A stretch of DNA of 64,000 nucleotides, taken from positions 3,854,305 through 3,918,304 of the forward strand of contig CBDCNM010000002.1 of NCBI GenBank assembly GCA_965219385.1. Reading direction: 5' to 3'. This DNA is from Candidatus Latescibacterota bacterium (GTDB lineage Bacteria; Latescibacterota; UBA2968; UBA8231). The translations under genes and the position numbers were made by a program. Shown here piece after piece: positions 55,290 to 64,000 of the stretch. Under the pieces are notes generated by a model, which was not told the origin of the DNA, searched no databases, and worked only from the letters and a program-made list of their open reading frames with translations. Every line of letters starts with the position of its first letter. Positions within the stretch are counted from its first letter, which is position 1.

Positions 55290-56683
55290 TCACCTCACAT
55301 CGTAGCGCAGAATGGCCACGTACGCCCCGGCGAATCCCAGGATCGCCAGCAGGGCCAGGTTCAGGATGTGAAACGCGTTCCGCGCCAGGCATGCTTCCAG
55401 GGCTTCGTTCTCCCGATAGGTGAACAGGGAAAAATCGGTCAAATCTTCGTCCCAATCCTTCTCCTGTATGTACTGGGCCATATAGATGATATAGACATTC
55501 AAGTCATTTTCGAGCCGTTCCTGTTGAACCAGACCGGTCCGGGCCAGGTCCATGGAGGCGAGACTAACTGGACTGAGGGGGGAGATCGTCGACAACACCA
55601 TGGCCCAGTCCCGCTGCTTGCGCATCTGGTTGTGCCATCCCATCCACCGGTCGCTCAGGCGGGCGTAGAACTGCTCTTCCCAACTGGCGTTGATCTTTTG
55701 CATCGCCTTCCGGTGCTCCTCCTTCTGTTCCTCTGGAAGGGCGCTCCAATCCTCTATAGGATGCTGCTCCCAGTAAGCGTCTCTTTCGGCTTCCTTTCCT
55801 TTCCGGTTCTCCTGCCGCAGCGAGATATAAGATCTCTCCAGGTCGTAGACGCTCTGGGCCGGGACCAGACGCTGGGCCAGGTCCACCGCCAGGTTCGGTA
55901 TGACGAAGACCCAGAGCGTCCAGAGCCCCAAAAGCCCTAAAAAGGCCGTCATCCGCCGGTGGGTCAAGGCGGATGCCCACAGACCGAATCCGGCAAATAC
56001 GGTCAGATAGAGCGCAAACACCCCCGTCAGGGCCCCCATCCGGCCCCAATCTTCCCCCTTCAGCCCCAACCCTGGTGAAAGGGCCAGCACAACCGCCGAT
56101 AATAGAAAGGCAAAGACAAACGGGATCAGCACCGCCAGGGCCGAGCCAACCAGTTTGGCCAGGGCCAGGGTCGATCCGAGGCACCGGAAAGGAGGCGTAG
56201 AGCCTCAGGGTGCCCGCCTCCTTCTCTCCACAGACCGCATCGTAGGTGAACCAGCAGCATACACAGGCTCAAGACCACGGTTACAATGAACGCCAGATCC
56301 AGCACCCCGAAGAGGGCGTGGATGGAATCGGTCGCGAAGAGGCTGGCCTCAAACTGGAAGTGTCGACGGTACTGAATCCGCACCTCCTGCCCGATCTTCC
56401 CCGACAGGCCGTAGACCAACGAGCTGAGCACCTCGGGTCGCCGGTTCCAGTAATAGCCCGTGCCAGTCAAGTCCCGATGCCTGCCCTTCTCGAGCGATGT
56501 CTGCATGGCGTCCCGGGTTTTCGCCGAGACCTCCTGGTATTGCTGCAGCTGCTGGCGGTAGTTCTCGCCGCCCACGTAGACCCCCAGGACCGAGAGCAGG
56601 GCGCAGAGCGCGAACACCATGATGAACCTGGAATCCAGCAAGTGATGGAGCAGTTCCTTTTGAACCAGTCGACCGAACATCAT
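55290..56683 (-). CDS. ABC-2 type permease; two +1 frameshifts (~56251, ~56176)
   Basis: MMFGRLVQKEL start. The reconstructed LLFTYDAVCGEKEAGTLRLYASFPVPRSTLALAKL spans three frames; ends LRYDVR. Confidence 0.8.
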
Positions 56684-56723
56684 GAGCTCCTTGGCATTCT
56701 GGTAACGGTCCACTTTCTGTTTT

Positions 56724-58162
56724 TTAGCGAAGATCGTAGCGCAGCATCGCTACATGGGCTCCCACAAAGAAAACCAGCCCCACACAGCCAGAACCCCGAT
56801 ATCCACCAGAGCAATCCGGACGTCCTCCTCCGGCCAGGTCTCCTGGTAGGTGAAGCGGGGCATGTCGGAGACATCCCACTTATACTCTCCGTACTTCTCC
56901 GGGCGGGCTCGTCTCAGCCGGTCGCGGTCAACGGTTTCGATGAACCAATCTTCATGTTGTAAATAGTACTGCTTGAAGGCCGCAAGAAAACGTCGTTGCC
57001 GGTCCAGACCGGTGCCGGCCAGTCGCACGGTGGCGTTGTTGAAGGCAAAGGCCGGGGAGAATCGCGCCAGGGCAACCGCCAGGCCCAGGTAGGCGTTGTA
57101 GCGGTTGCGAAAGGCTTCCTCCAGGCGCCCATGCTGCAACCTGGTGGGGGCAATGGCCACCTCCCACCGTATCTTTTTCCAGGCGAGCCTGTAGGCCTCC
57201 TCTGTCTCCGGGTTGTCCCACCATTCTTGCCCTGGCGAGAGGTTTTCCTCCTTCCACTCATCTTCGGCTTCGCGCGATTTTTCCGCTTGGACATGTTTGA
57301 TAGCATACTTTTCCGCCTCGAGTTCATAGACCGAGGGGGCAGAGCGGATATTGTCGGCGAGGATCAGGCTGAGACGCGGCACCACCACCACGGTGGACAC
57401 CCAGAACCCCAGCAGGAGCACGACGAGGTAGGCGCCCGGTGGGTCAGACAGGAAGCCAAAAGCCCCACACAGGTCAGGACCGTCAGGTAGAGTCCAAAAG
57501 CCACAAGGATGAGGCCCAGCCGGTTCAGCTCCGGACGTGTAAACTGAACGTCGGGCAGCAGCAGGACCACAGCGATGCCCAGCAGCAAGGGCAGTCCAAA
57601 CCCTATCCACGTCGGGATCAGCGCCCCCAGGAGTTTTCCCAGCAGCAGGCGGTGTCGGGGCACCGGAAACGAGGCATAGAGCCTGAGGGTACCGGCCTCC
57701 TTCTCTCCACAGATCGAATCGTAGGTGAGCAGGAGGACGAACAGGCCCAGAACGATCTGAACAACCAGCCCGAGATCCAGCGGCGGAAAGATGCCGAGAA
57801 ACGGGTTCACCTCCACCGGGCTCCGGTTTAACCGCTGGGTGATAATCCCCATAGTGTTATCGATCGACCGTCCCAGGGTCGGTTCCAGGCCGCGTATGAA
57901 GATGCTCATCGAGGTGGGCGGCTTGTGCTCCCGATAGCCTTTCACTACATATTCGCTCCACCATTCAATGTCTGTCATCTCCCGGATGCGGTCCTCGGTC
58001 GCCGTCCTGCGCCTGTCGATGATCACTCAAGCGGGCCTGGTAGTAGGTGTAGCCGCTGTAGAGACTCAACCAGATAACCAGCGCTCCCAGGGTCGCCAGG
58101 ATGAGAAACCGGAGACCCAGAATCTGGTCCAGGATTTCTTTGCGGATGAGGTGGCCAAGCAT
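56724..58162 (-). CDS. ABC-2 type permease paralog; three frameshifts (~58006, ~57423, ~56780)
   Basis: MLGHLIRKEI start and YDSICGEKEAGTLRLYASFPVPR. The reconstructed end VAMLRYDLR-stop at 56724 mirrors the neighbouring permease. Confidence 0.8.
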
Positions 58163-58220
58163 AATGATGTTCCTCTTCTTCTGATTGGGATAACTTGCCT
58201 GCAAAACAAGGGGCGAATCC

Positions 58221-60347
58221 CTACTCTACCACCACCTCTTCTTCTCCTACGCGAATAAAGGCCGAAGGATCAACCAGGTTCTGGTACTCGGTCTTGATCC
58301 AGTCGTCACTGCGCGCCTTGTTCGAAACCCTCACCTCATCGACGATCCCTCTGAAGCGCGGCGCGCCTCCAGAGAGCCGGCCGATGGTCACCGTGACATT
58401 GTTCGTCTGAAGCGCGCCGGATCCCGACCTTTCGCCCACCAGCACCCCGTCTGCAAACAGCTTGATCGCGCGACCGTTGTACACCCCCGCAAGGTGGTGC
58501 CAGCCGGGGGCCAGGGCCTCGTGGGCCGCCGTGCTCACCGGCCCCTTTACCGTATTTACCATAAAACTCGGTCCGGGCACGGCCGCGCACAGCCCGCCGT
58601 TGTGGCCGTAGTCGCAGTACCTGAGACTGAAGGAGCCGTTTGCTCCCACGGTGTCGTAGCGCAAAACCCTGCCGTGATGCCTGTCGCCCTCGTCGTCGTA
58701 GAGCGGCGCGCCGTAGAAGTACCTGCCGTCAAAGCTCCCACCGTTGTATCCGACCGTCCTCAGACCGTCCGTGCGGCTGGCATCGCGTGCCTCCCAGCTC
58801 GCTGGGTCGTCGAACGCTCCCTCGGTGTCGTATCTGAGAAAATTGCAGTGCCGGCTTGTTTGGCCCTCGCTAGCCTGGCGCGTATAGGGTATGAAGTACA
58901 CGTACCTACCATCGAAAAAACCCCCGTCGAAACCGCCGGTGTCCAATCCCGAAGTATGGCCGGCATCGTGCATTTCCCAGCTCGCCTCGTCGGCAAAATC
59001 CCCCTGCGTGTCGTAGCGCACCATATGGCTGTGACCGTAGGCCACAAAATAAAGGTGCCTGCCATCGAATACCGCCCCGACAGTGCTCTTCATCCCCCAA
59101 GGCCTGGCATCGCACGCCTGCCAGCTCGCTCTGTCGCCGAAGTCGCCTCTGGTGTCGTAGCGCAGGACCACTCCATGGAGAAGCGGCGCGAAGTAGATAA
59201 AGCGACCGTCGAATGCCCCGCCGTCAAAACACACGGTTTCCGCCGAGATGGTCTTCGTATCGAAAATCCGGTAGCTATGCGGATCTTTGAACCCTCCTCT
59301 GGTGTCCATCCGCACTACCTTCCCGCTGTGTTTATTCTCTCTCAGCGGGGCGTCTGGAGTCCCCTCATACCCCGGGCAAAAATACAAGTACCGACCGTCA
59401 AAGGCCGCTCCCTGATGTGAATGCGGCAGGTCCACATCGTAGGCATCCCAACCAGCGCTGCACTTGAACCCCATGTGGGTGTCGTAGCGCAGGATCCGGC
59501 TGTGGTAACCCGTCCCCTCGTCGCGGGGGACAAAAACGACGTACCTGCCGTCAAAGGCGGCGCCGTAAAAACAGACCGTGTTCAGGTCGGCGGTATGGCT
59601 GGCATCGTAGGCCTCCCAGCTCTGCGCGTCGTGGAAATCTCCCTGGGTATCGTAGCGCAGAATATTGGCGTGCGCCGATTCTCTGTCTCTACGGGTGCGC
59701 ATCGGGGCCCAATATATGTAGCGTCCGTCGAACACCGCCCCAAAATAGCCGGCGCAGTCCAGTCCGTCCGTGCTGCCCGCATCGTACCCGCTAAACGTAT
59801 CGAAAGAGCTCAAAGGCGCCCATTTTGAGACGATGGGCTGCAGAACTTCCGCCTGGTACACGTCGCTGTAGACCCACGCCTCGACCGCAATCTCATCGGC
59901 GAGGTTCAGGTCGTCCACGAGCTCTACATCGGGGTCAGCAGCGCCGTGCAGATGCCGGACGATCTGGTAGTGGTCATCCCAGACATTGTCTTCGCTCTGC
60001 ACGGCCCCAGGGTCGGGATCGCCGTAATACACGTACAACTCCGTATCCTGGCTGCAGGAGAGTGCGGGTATGCCGACCCAGGCCTTCAGTGCTCCACTTT
60101 CAGGGTCGTAGGCGATAACTTCGCGAGGGAGGATGGTCTCTCCGTCCGGCAGGATAAAAAAGATATCTTCACCGCTACTCCTGGCGACGTGCCCACCTGC
60201 AGATGCGGCTTTCAAGGCAGGGTCGCGCAAAGACAGCAAAACGGGAAAATGCCTTTGCTCCGCATCCGCAACCCGAGTGTGATCGATGGTGATTTTTTTC
60301 CTGTAGCGCATGGAGAAGGTAGCTTGACAGGGGTACATCTTTGACAT
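58221..60347 (-). CDS. DUF2341 + LamG-like domain protein with seven inserted FDGRY/RYDT repeats; start uncertain (60311-60347)
   Basis: YRKKITID...FPVL...AWV.IP...LYVYYG is DUF2341-like; VEAWV...WHHLAGVYNG...LFADG...IDEVR-like 'VDEVRVS' is LamG; repeats lie at ~58650-59800. Confidence 0.8.
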   Translation of the reverse strand: MSKMYPCQATFSMRYRKKITIDHTRVADAEQRHFPVLLSLRDPALKAASAGGHVARSSGEDIFFILPDGETILPREVIAYDPESGALKAWVGIPALSCSQDTELYVYYGDPDPGAVQSEDNVWDDHYQIVRHLHGAADPDVELVDDLNLADEIAVEAWVYSDVYQAEVLQPIVSKWAPLSSFDTFSGYDAGSTDGLDCAGYFGAVFDGRYIYWAPMRTRRDRESAHANILRYDTQGDFHDAQSWEAYDASHTADLNTVCFYGAAFDGRYVVFVPRDEGTGYHSRILRYDTHMGFKCSAGWDAYDVDLPHSHQGAAFDGRYLYFCPGYEGTPDAPLRENKHSGKVVRMDTRGGFKDPHSYRIFDTKTISAETVCFDGGAFDGRFIYFAPLLHGVVLRYDTRGDFGDRASWQACDARPWGMKSTVGAVFDGRHLYFVAYGHSHMVRYDTQGDFADEASWEMHDAGHTSGLDTGGFDGGFFDGRYVYFIPYTRQASEGQTSRHCNFLRYDTEGAFDDPASWEARDASRTDGLRTVGYNGGSFDGRYFYGAPLYDDEGDRHHGRVLRYDTVGANGSFSLRYCDYGHNGGLCAAVPGPSFMVNTVKGPVSTAAHEALAPGWHHLAGVYNGRAIKLFADGVLVGERSGSGALQTNNVTVTIGRLSGGAPRFRGIVDEVRVSNKARSDDWIKTEYQNLVDPSAFIRVGEEEVVVE

Positions 60348-60462
60348 ATCATGACTTGAATTTCCACCGTAGTGACGATCCCCCGCACGGAGCATAATAT
60401 GAGAAGTCCGTTCAGTGGAATCAAGCCCTTGCGCAAACAATCTGGGCAACTTGATATTGGGT

Positions 60463-62390
60463 ATGTCTGCCGCCCAAGGTAAGGGGGTCACTGCCCGCGC
60501 TTTCCTGATGGGAACCCTGTTGAGCTTTTTGACCGGGTTGGGTGTGGCCTATGCAGATAACGCCATTCGGGGGAGCCACATGGCGCTTGACTTTGGTTCG
60601 CCGGTGGCGGTGTTTCTCCTGTTTCTCGTCGCGGCTTTGCTGAACCCATTGTTGGGCTGGGTGCGACGCACCTGGTATCTCTCGACAGCCGAGATTACCC
60701 TGATCTACATCATGGCACTTACGGCTGCTTCGATCCCTTCGATGGGGCTCACACCTTTTCTCCTCATTTATCTGAGCGGCGCCCAGTACTATGCCAGTCC
60801 GGAAAATGGCTGGGCCGATCTGTTCATGGAATACATCCCGGACTGGCTGGTAGTGCAGGATCCCGAGGCCATCAAGAACTTCTACGAGGGAAATCCGCAG
60901 GGGATGGCCGACATAGCCTGGGGTGCCTGGCTGCCGGCCATACTGGTGTGGCTGCCCTTCCTGGTTGCACTCTACCTGGTCATGATCGCGGTGATGGTAA
61001 TCCTGCGGCGGCAGTGGATGGAGCACGAGCGGCTCCTCTACCCGCTGATGCAGCCTTCGCTGGCCCTGATCGCCCAGGAGCCGGGGCGGTTGCTGGCGCC
61101 GCTGTTGCGCTCTGGATTGTTCTGGCTCGGCCTGGGTATCCCCTTTGCCGTTGGGGCGCTCAATGGCCTGCACGCTTATTACCATTTCGTGCCGAAGATT
61201 GAGCTCGGGACCGACCTGCCTATCTTCCGCCGCACCACCTCGCTCCAACCTTCCCTCCACTTTGCCACCCTTGGCTTTGCCTATTTTCTGAGTCAGGACA
61301 TTGCCCTGGGAATCTGGGTGCTCAACCTTCTGGCCAAGATCCAGGAGGGCGTGTTCAACATCTTAGGGGTGACCAGCTCCGAGTACCTGGTGTGGGTTGC
61401 AGTGCCTATTTTAGGGCATCAGAACATCGGGGCCATGACCGTGTTCGTGCTCTTTGGTCTGTGGATGGGCCGACGCCACCTGCGGGCGGTGTGGCGCAAG
61501 GCATTCCGGGGGGATGCATCGGTCGAGGACGCGGACGAGATGATGTCCTACCGCACCGCGGTCTTCCTGGTTTTGGGGGGGAGCGGTTTTATGGGGTGGT
61601 GGCTGTGGATGTCGGGCCTGCCGCTGTGGGCGGTTGGCGTGGTTTTGTTGATGGCGTTTGTGATCTTCCTGGGCCTGACGCGGATGGTGACCGAGGGGGG
61701 GGTTTTCATCACGCGGGCACCGATGAACCCGGGGAACTTCACGGTGACCGGATTCGGGGTGGAATCCCTGGGGCCGGCCGGGGTGACGGCCCTGGGGTAC
61801 ACCTTTGTCTGGGCCGGGGAGATGCGCATCTTCGTCATGGCCGCCTGCGCCAACGCCCTCAAGATCGCCGAGAATATCCGCGGCAGCCGGCGGACCCTGC
61901 TGGGGGCCATGCTCGTGGCGATTGTGGTCAGTGCAGTGGGGTCCATCTGGGCTGATCTGGCGCTCGGTTATCGCTACGGGGCCGTCAACATGAGTTTTTT
62001 TTCACGAGTCTGGTGCGCTATCCCTTCGGCTTCATCTCGCGCAATCTGCTAAACGATACAGTTATCGATTGGGGTGGGTGGATGTGGAGGGCGTATGGTG
62101 GGGTGTTGATGGGGCTGCTGATGGTGGCCAAGCAGCGCCTGTTGTGGTGGCCCATCCACCCTATAAGTCTGCCGATCAGTTCGATGCACATGACGGACAA
62201 AATTGTATTGAGCGTGTTCCTGGCGTGGTTGATCAAAGGCCTCATCCTGAGGTACGGGGGGCCGCGTCTCTACAATCAGGGCAAGCCGTTTTTCATCGGC
62301 CTGGTGGTGGGCCAGTTTACCTCCATGGGATTCTGGGTGGTGGTGGACGCTTTTACGGGTATGACAGATAATGCGGTGTACTGGTGGTGA
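60463..62390 (+). CDS. Large polytopic membrane protein (DUF6785/DUF6784-like, putative transporter); frameshift at T8 run 61995-62002
   Basis: YYASPENGW, LRRQWMEHERLLYPL, WWPIHP, IKGLILRYGG and PFFIGL. The two ORFs join if one T is added. Confidence 0.75.
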
Positions 62391-62402
62391 TGGACGCTTT
62401 TC

Positions 62403-62499
62403 TTATCCTTCGCCGGAGACCGTCTCAAAGCAGATGGCGGTGATCTCCTTGAGGCGTTTGAGATCTGCAGGCCGGTAGAGTCTGATGGTTTGCGCTATT
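62403..62499 (-). pseudogene. N-terminal remnant of a GNAT-like gene
   Basis: GGAG followed by ATA (possibly a mutated ATG), then AQTIRLYRPADLKRLKEITAICFETVS, a typical GNAT start 'IR.yrp.Dl..l.ei', and then a stop. Confidence 0.4.
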
Positions 62500-62524
62500 T
62501 CTCCGCAGGAGGACAAACTCCCCT

Positions 62525-62720
62525 GTAAGCCACCTACGGCTAAAGCCGTGGGCTTTACCCTACCCGGCGGGAAGCCGGGCGAGTATTCGGGGTCGCTTAC
62601 CGGACCCCCACCCCAGATGCTCTGGGGTGGGTCGAGTGGTGTGAAAAAAACACCAACGGCAAAGGGGCATGGTTCAAACCCAGGTAACACATTCAGCTGC
62701 GGCTAAAATCGTTAATGTGC
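62525..62720 (+). ncRNA. Candidate structured RNA on an IS200/IS605-type end (omegaRNA/HEARO-like), orphan
   Basis: GTAAGCcACC (62525-34) pairs with GGTcGCTTAC (62591-600), enclosing the IS-end hairpin CCTACGGC-TAAA-GCCGTGGG and CCCGGC/GCCGGG. Further hairpins lie at 62607-62631 and 62637-62655. Confidence 0.5.
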
Positions 62721-62806
62721 TGAAAAATAACGGCTTAAACGAAATAACAGGTTTCCAAAGTGTTACCCAGTGCTACTTTGAGCACTGAACCATGCCGATT
62801 TTCTGT

Positions 62807-62844
62807 AAAAAAAACGGTGCCACCGGCGCGCGCCGGTGGCACCG
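62807..62844 (-). terminator. Rho-independent terminator of the 62856 gene
   Basis: 30-bp perfect palindrome at 62815-62844 followed on the minus strand by T8. Confidence 0.85.
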
Positions 62845-62855
62845 CCAGCGACTCC

Positions 62856-64000
62856 CTACTTGAGGAACGTCACCTTCTTGCTCATCCGCAGATCGGGCGC
62901 CTCGATCTTGTAAATGTACAAGCCGCTGGCCACCTCAGCACCGTTGGCATCCGTGCCGTCCCAGGTCACGGTGAACTCCCCGGGGCCTATCCGGTCGTTG
63001 ACCAGATCCCGCACGAACTGGCCCTGGTCGTTGTAGATCTTGACGCTAACCGGCACCTGCCAGGGCAGGGAGAAGCGGATGGTGGTCTCCGGGTTGAAGG
63101 GGTTGGGATAGGCATCGCCCAGCGCATAGGAGGAAGGCAGGGGCGCCCCTTCCAGCTCCTCCACGGCGGTCGGGATGCCCAGGCTCACCCGCTTCTGATC
63201 GTAGGGCAGGTGGGCCATATAGTGATACGAGCCATAAGGGATGAACCCATCATCATCCGCCACGGCCCAGTCATTGGATCTTTCAGCGGGGTTCCACTCG
63301 CCTATGCTGATGTAGAGACCGTCCCAATCGCTGTCGTCGTCGGTGTCGACGATAATCGTCCACTGCTGCCCGCTACTGGGGATATTCTTGGGCTGGAAGA
63401 AGAACAGACCAGAGCCATCCTCGCCCAGCATGAACCCGTAATTGACATTGTCCAGTTGGATTTGCTGGCTCGCCACCCAGCCCCACCTGGTCGTGGAGAA
63501 TGTGAGCTGGCCCCCCGGCGCGAAGGTGTGGCCGTAGATCAGATCGCCCAATTCCTCCCCTTCCACACCATCACCCAGGTTCGTCCAGGTCCAGAGCGGA
63601 TCCAGCATGTCGCCATAGCCATCGCCATTGCGGTTGATCCACTTCACCTTGCCGTCCCAGTCCAGGCGCAGGATGACCGAGGTGTGATGCGAGGAGGTGA
63701 TCAGACCGAAGGGATCCGGCTGCCCGTTGTAGAACCGGCCCGAGTACCCCGGTCCCCCCACCCGGTCGCTGCCGTTGTTGTCGTAGAGGAAGATGTCGGA
63801 TACATCCCACGTATCGAGATGTTCGCCGGTATTCGCATCCCAGACGGCGATAGTGCCCACTGTACCGTCCAGCCCGCCGGTGGTGTAGATCTTTGTTTTT
63901 TCTGGATTGAGTAAGCTGGTGTACTTGCGGTTGGGCTGGAGCTCACTGTAGTCGATGAACCCGTTCACGGCGCCGTGGTCCGCGCCCCAGTCTTCATCGG
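62856..64000 (-). CDS. Secreted protein with C-terminal FlgD-Ig / T9SS-sorting-like domain (5' truncated by window edge)
   Basis: PTAVEE...AYPNPFNPETTIRF...WDGTDANGAEVASGLYIY...KKVTFLK; frame is open to 64000. Confidence 0.88.
   Translation of the reverse strand, partial: DEDWGADHGAVNGFIDYSELQPNRKYTSLLNPEKTKIYTTGGLDGTVGTIAVWDANTGEHLDTWDVSDIFLYDNNGSDRVGGPGYSGRFYNGQPDPFGLITSSHHTSVILRLDWDGKVKWINRNGDGYGDMLDPLWTWTNLGDGVEGEELGDLIYGHTFAPGGQLTFSTTRWGWVASQQIQLDNVNYGFMLGEDGSGLFFFQPKNIPSSGQQWTIIVDTDDDSDWDGLYISIGEWNPAERSNDWAVADDDGFIPYGSYHYMAHLPYDQKRVSLGIPTAVEELEGAPLPSSYALGDAYPNPFNPETTIRFSLPWQVPVSVKIYNDQGQFVRDLVNDRIGPGEFTVTWDGTDANGAEVASGLYIYKIEAPDLRMSKKVTFLK

Noticed and set aside
1..64000. CRISPR array, rRNA or tRNA genes
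   Set aside because: I found no regularly spaced direct repeats with unique spacers and no tRNA cloverleaf or rRNA signature by eye; the long intergenic regions were inspected.

Overview
GC-rich bacterial chromosomal window with about 55 protein-coding loci, both terminal genes running off the edges. I saw no rRNA, tRNA or CRISPR array. The gene repertoire suggests an FCB-superphylum organism such as Ca. Latescibacterota (inference): an FlgD-Ig/'NPFNP' C-terminal domain protein, a peptidase-WD40-Omp85 fusion, a DUF6785-like membrane protein, and many Gfo/Idh/MocA, SDR, enolase-superfamily, PhyH, sulfatase-like and BNR proteins. Core block: dapF-like, sprT-like, Omp85, PQQ-propeller, two exported proteins, yicC, NMP kinase, coaBC, udg, dnaB; also polX, udk, cysQ-like, pepA and serC. 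Most notable observations: (1) an orphan, highly structured ~190-nt element at 62.5-62.7 kb built on an IS200/IS605-type end and resembling an omegaRNA/HEARO scaffold, with no nuclease ORF beside it; (2) an archaeal-type cytidylate kinase in the slot between yicC and coaBC normally held by gmk-rpoZ; (3) a DapF with both catalytic Cys replaced by Ser; (4) a nucleoside phosphorylase-like / spore-photoproduct-lyase-like radical SAM / SDR operon; (5) a 140-aa mini-intein in DnaB; (6) a DUF2341-LamG protein with seven FDGRY...RYDT repeats inserted inside the LamG domain; (7) an IS200 whose TnpA has lost a C-terminal QLSLF motif through a premature stop, plus MITE, IS3 and glgP remnants; (8) seven single-base indels clustered at 54.7-62.0 kb that are probably assembly errors. 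All family assignments come from motif recognition by eye; no searches were run.
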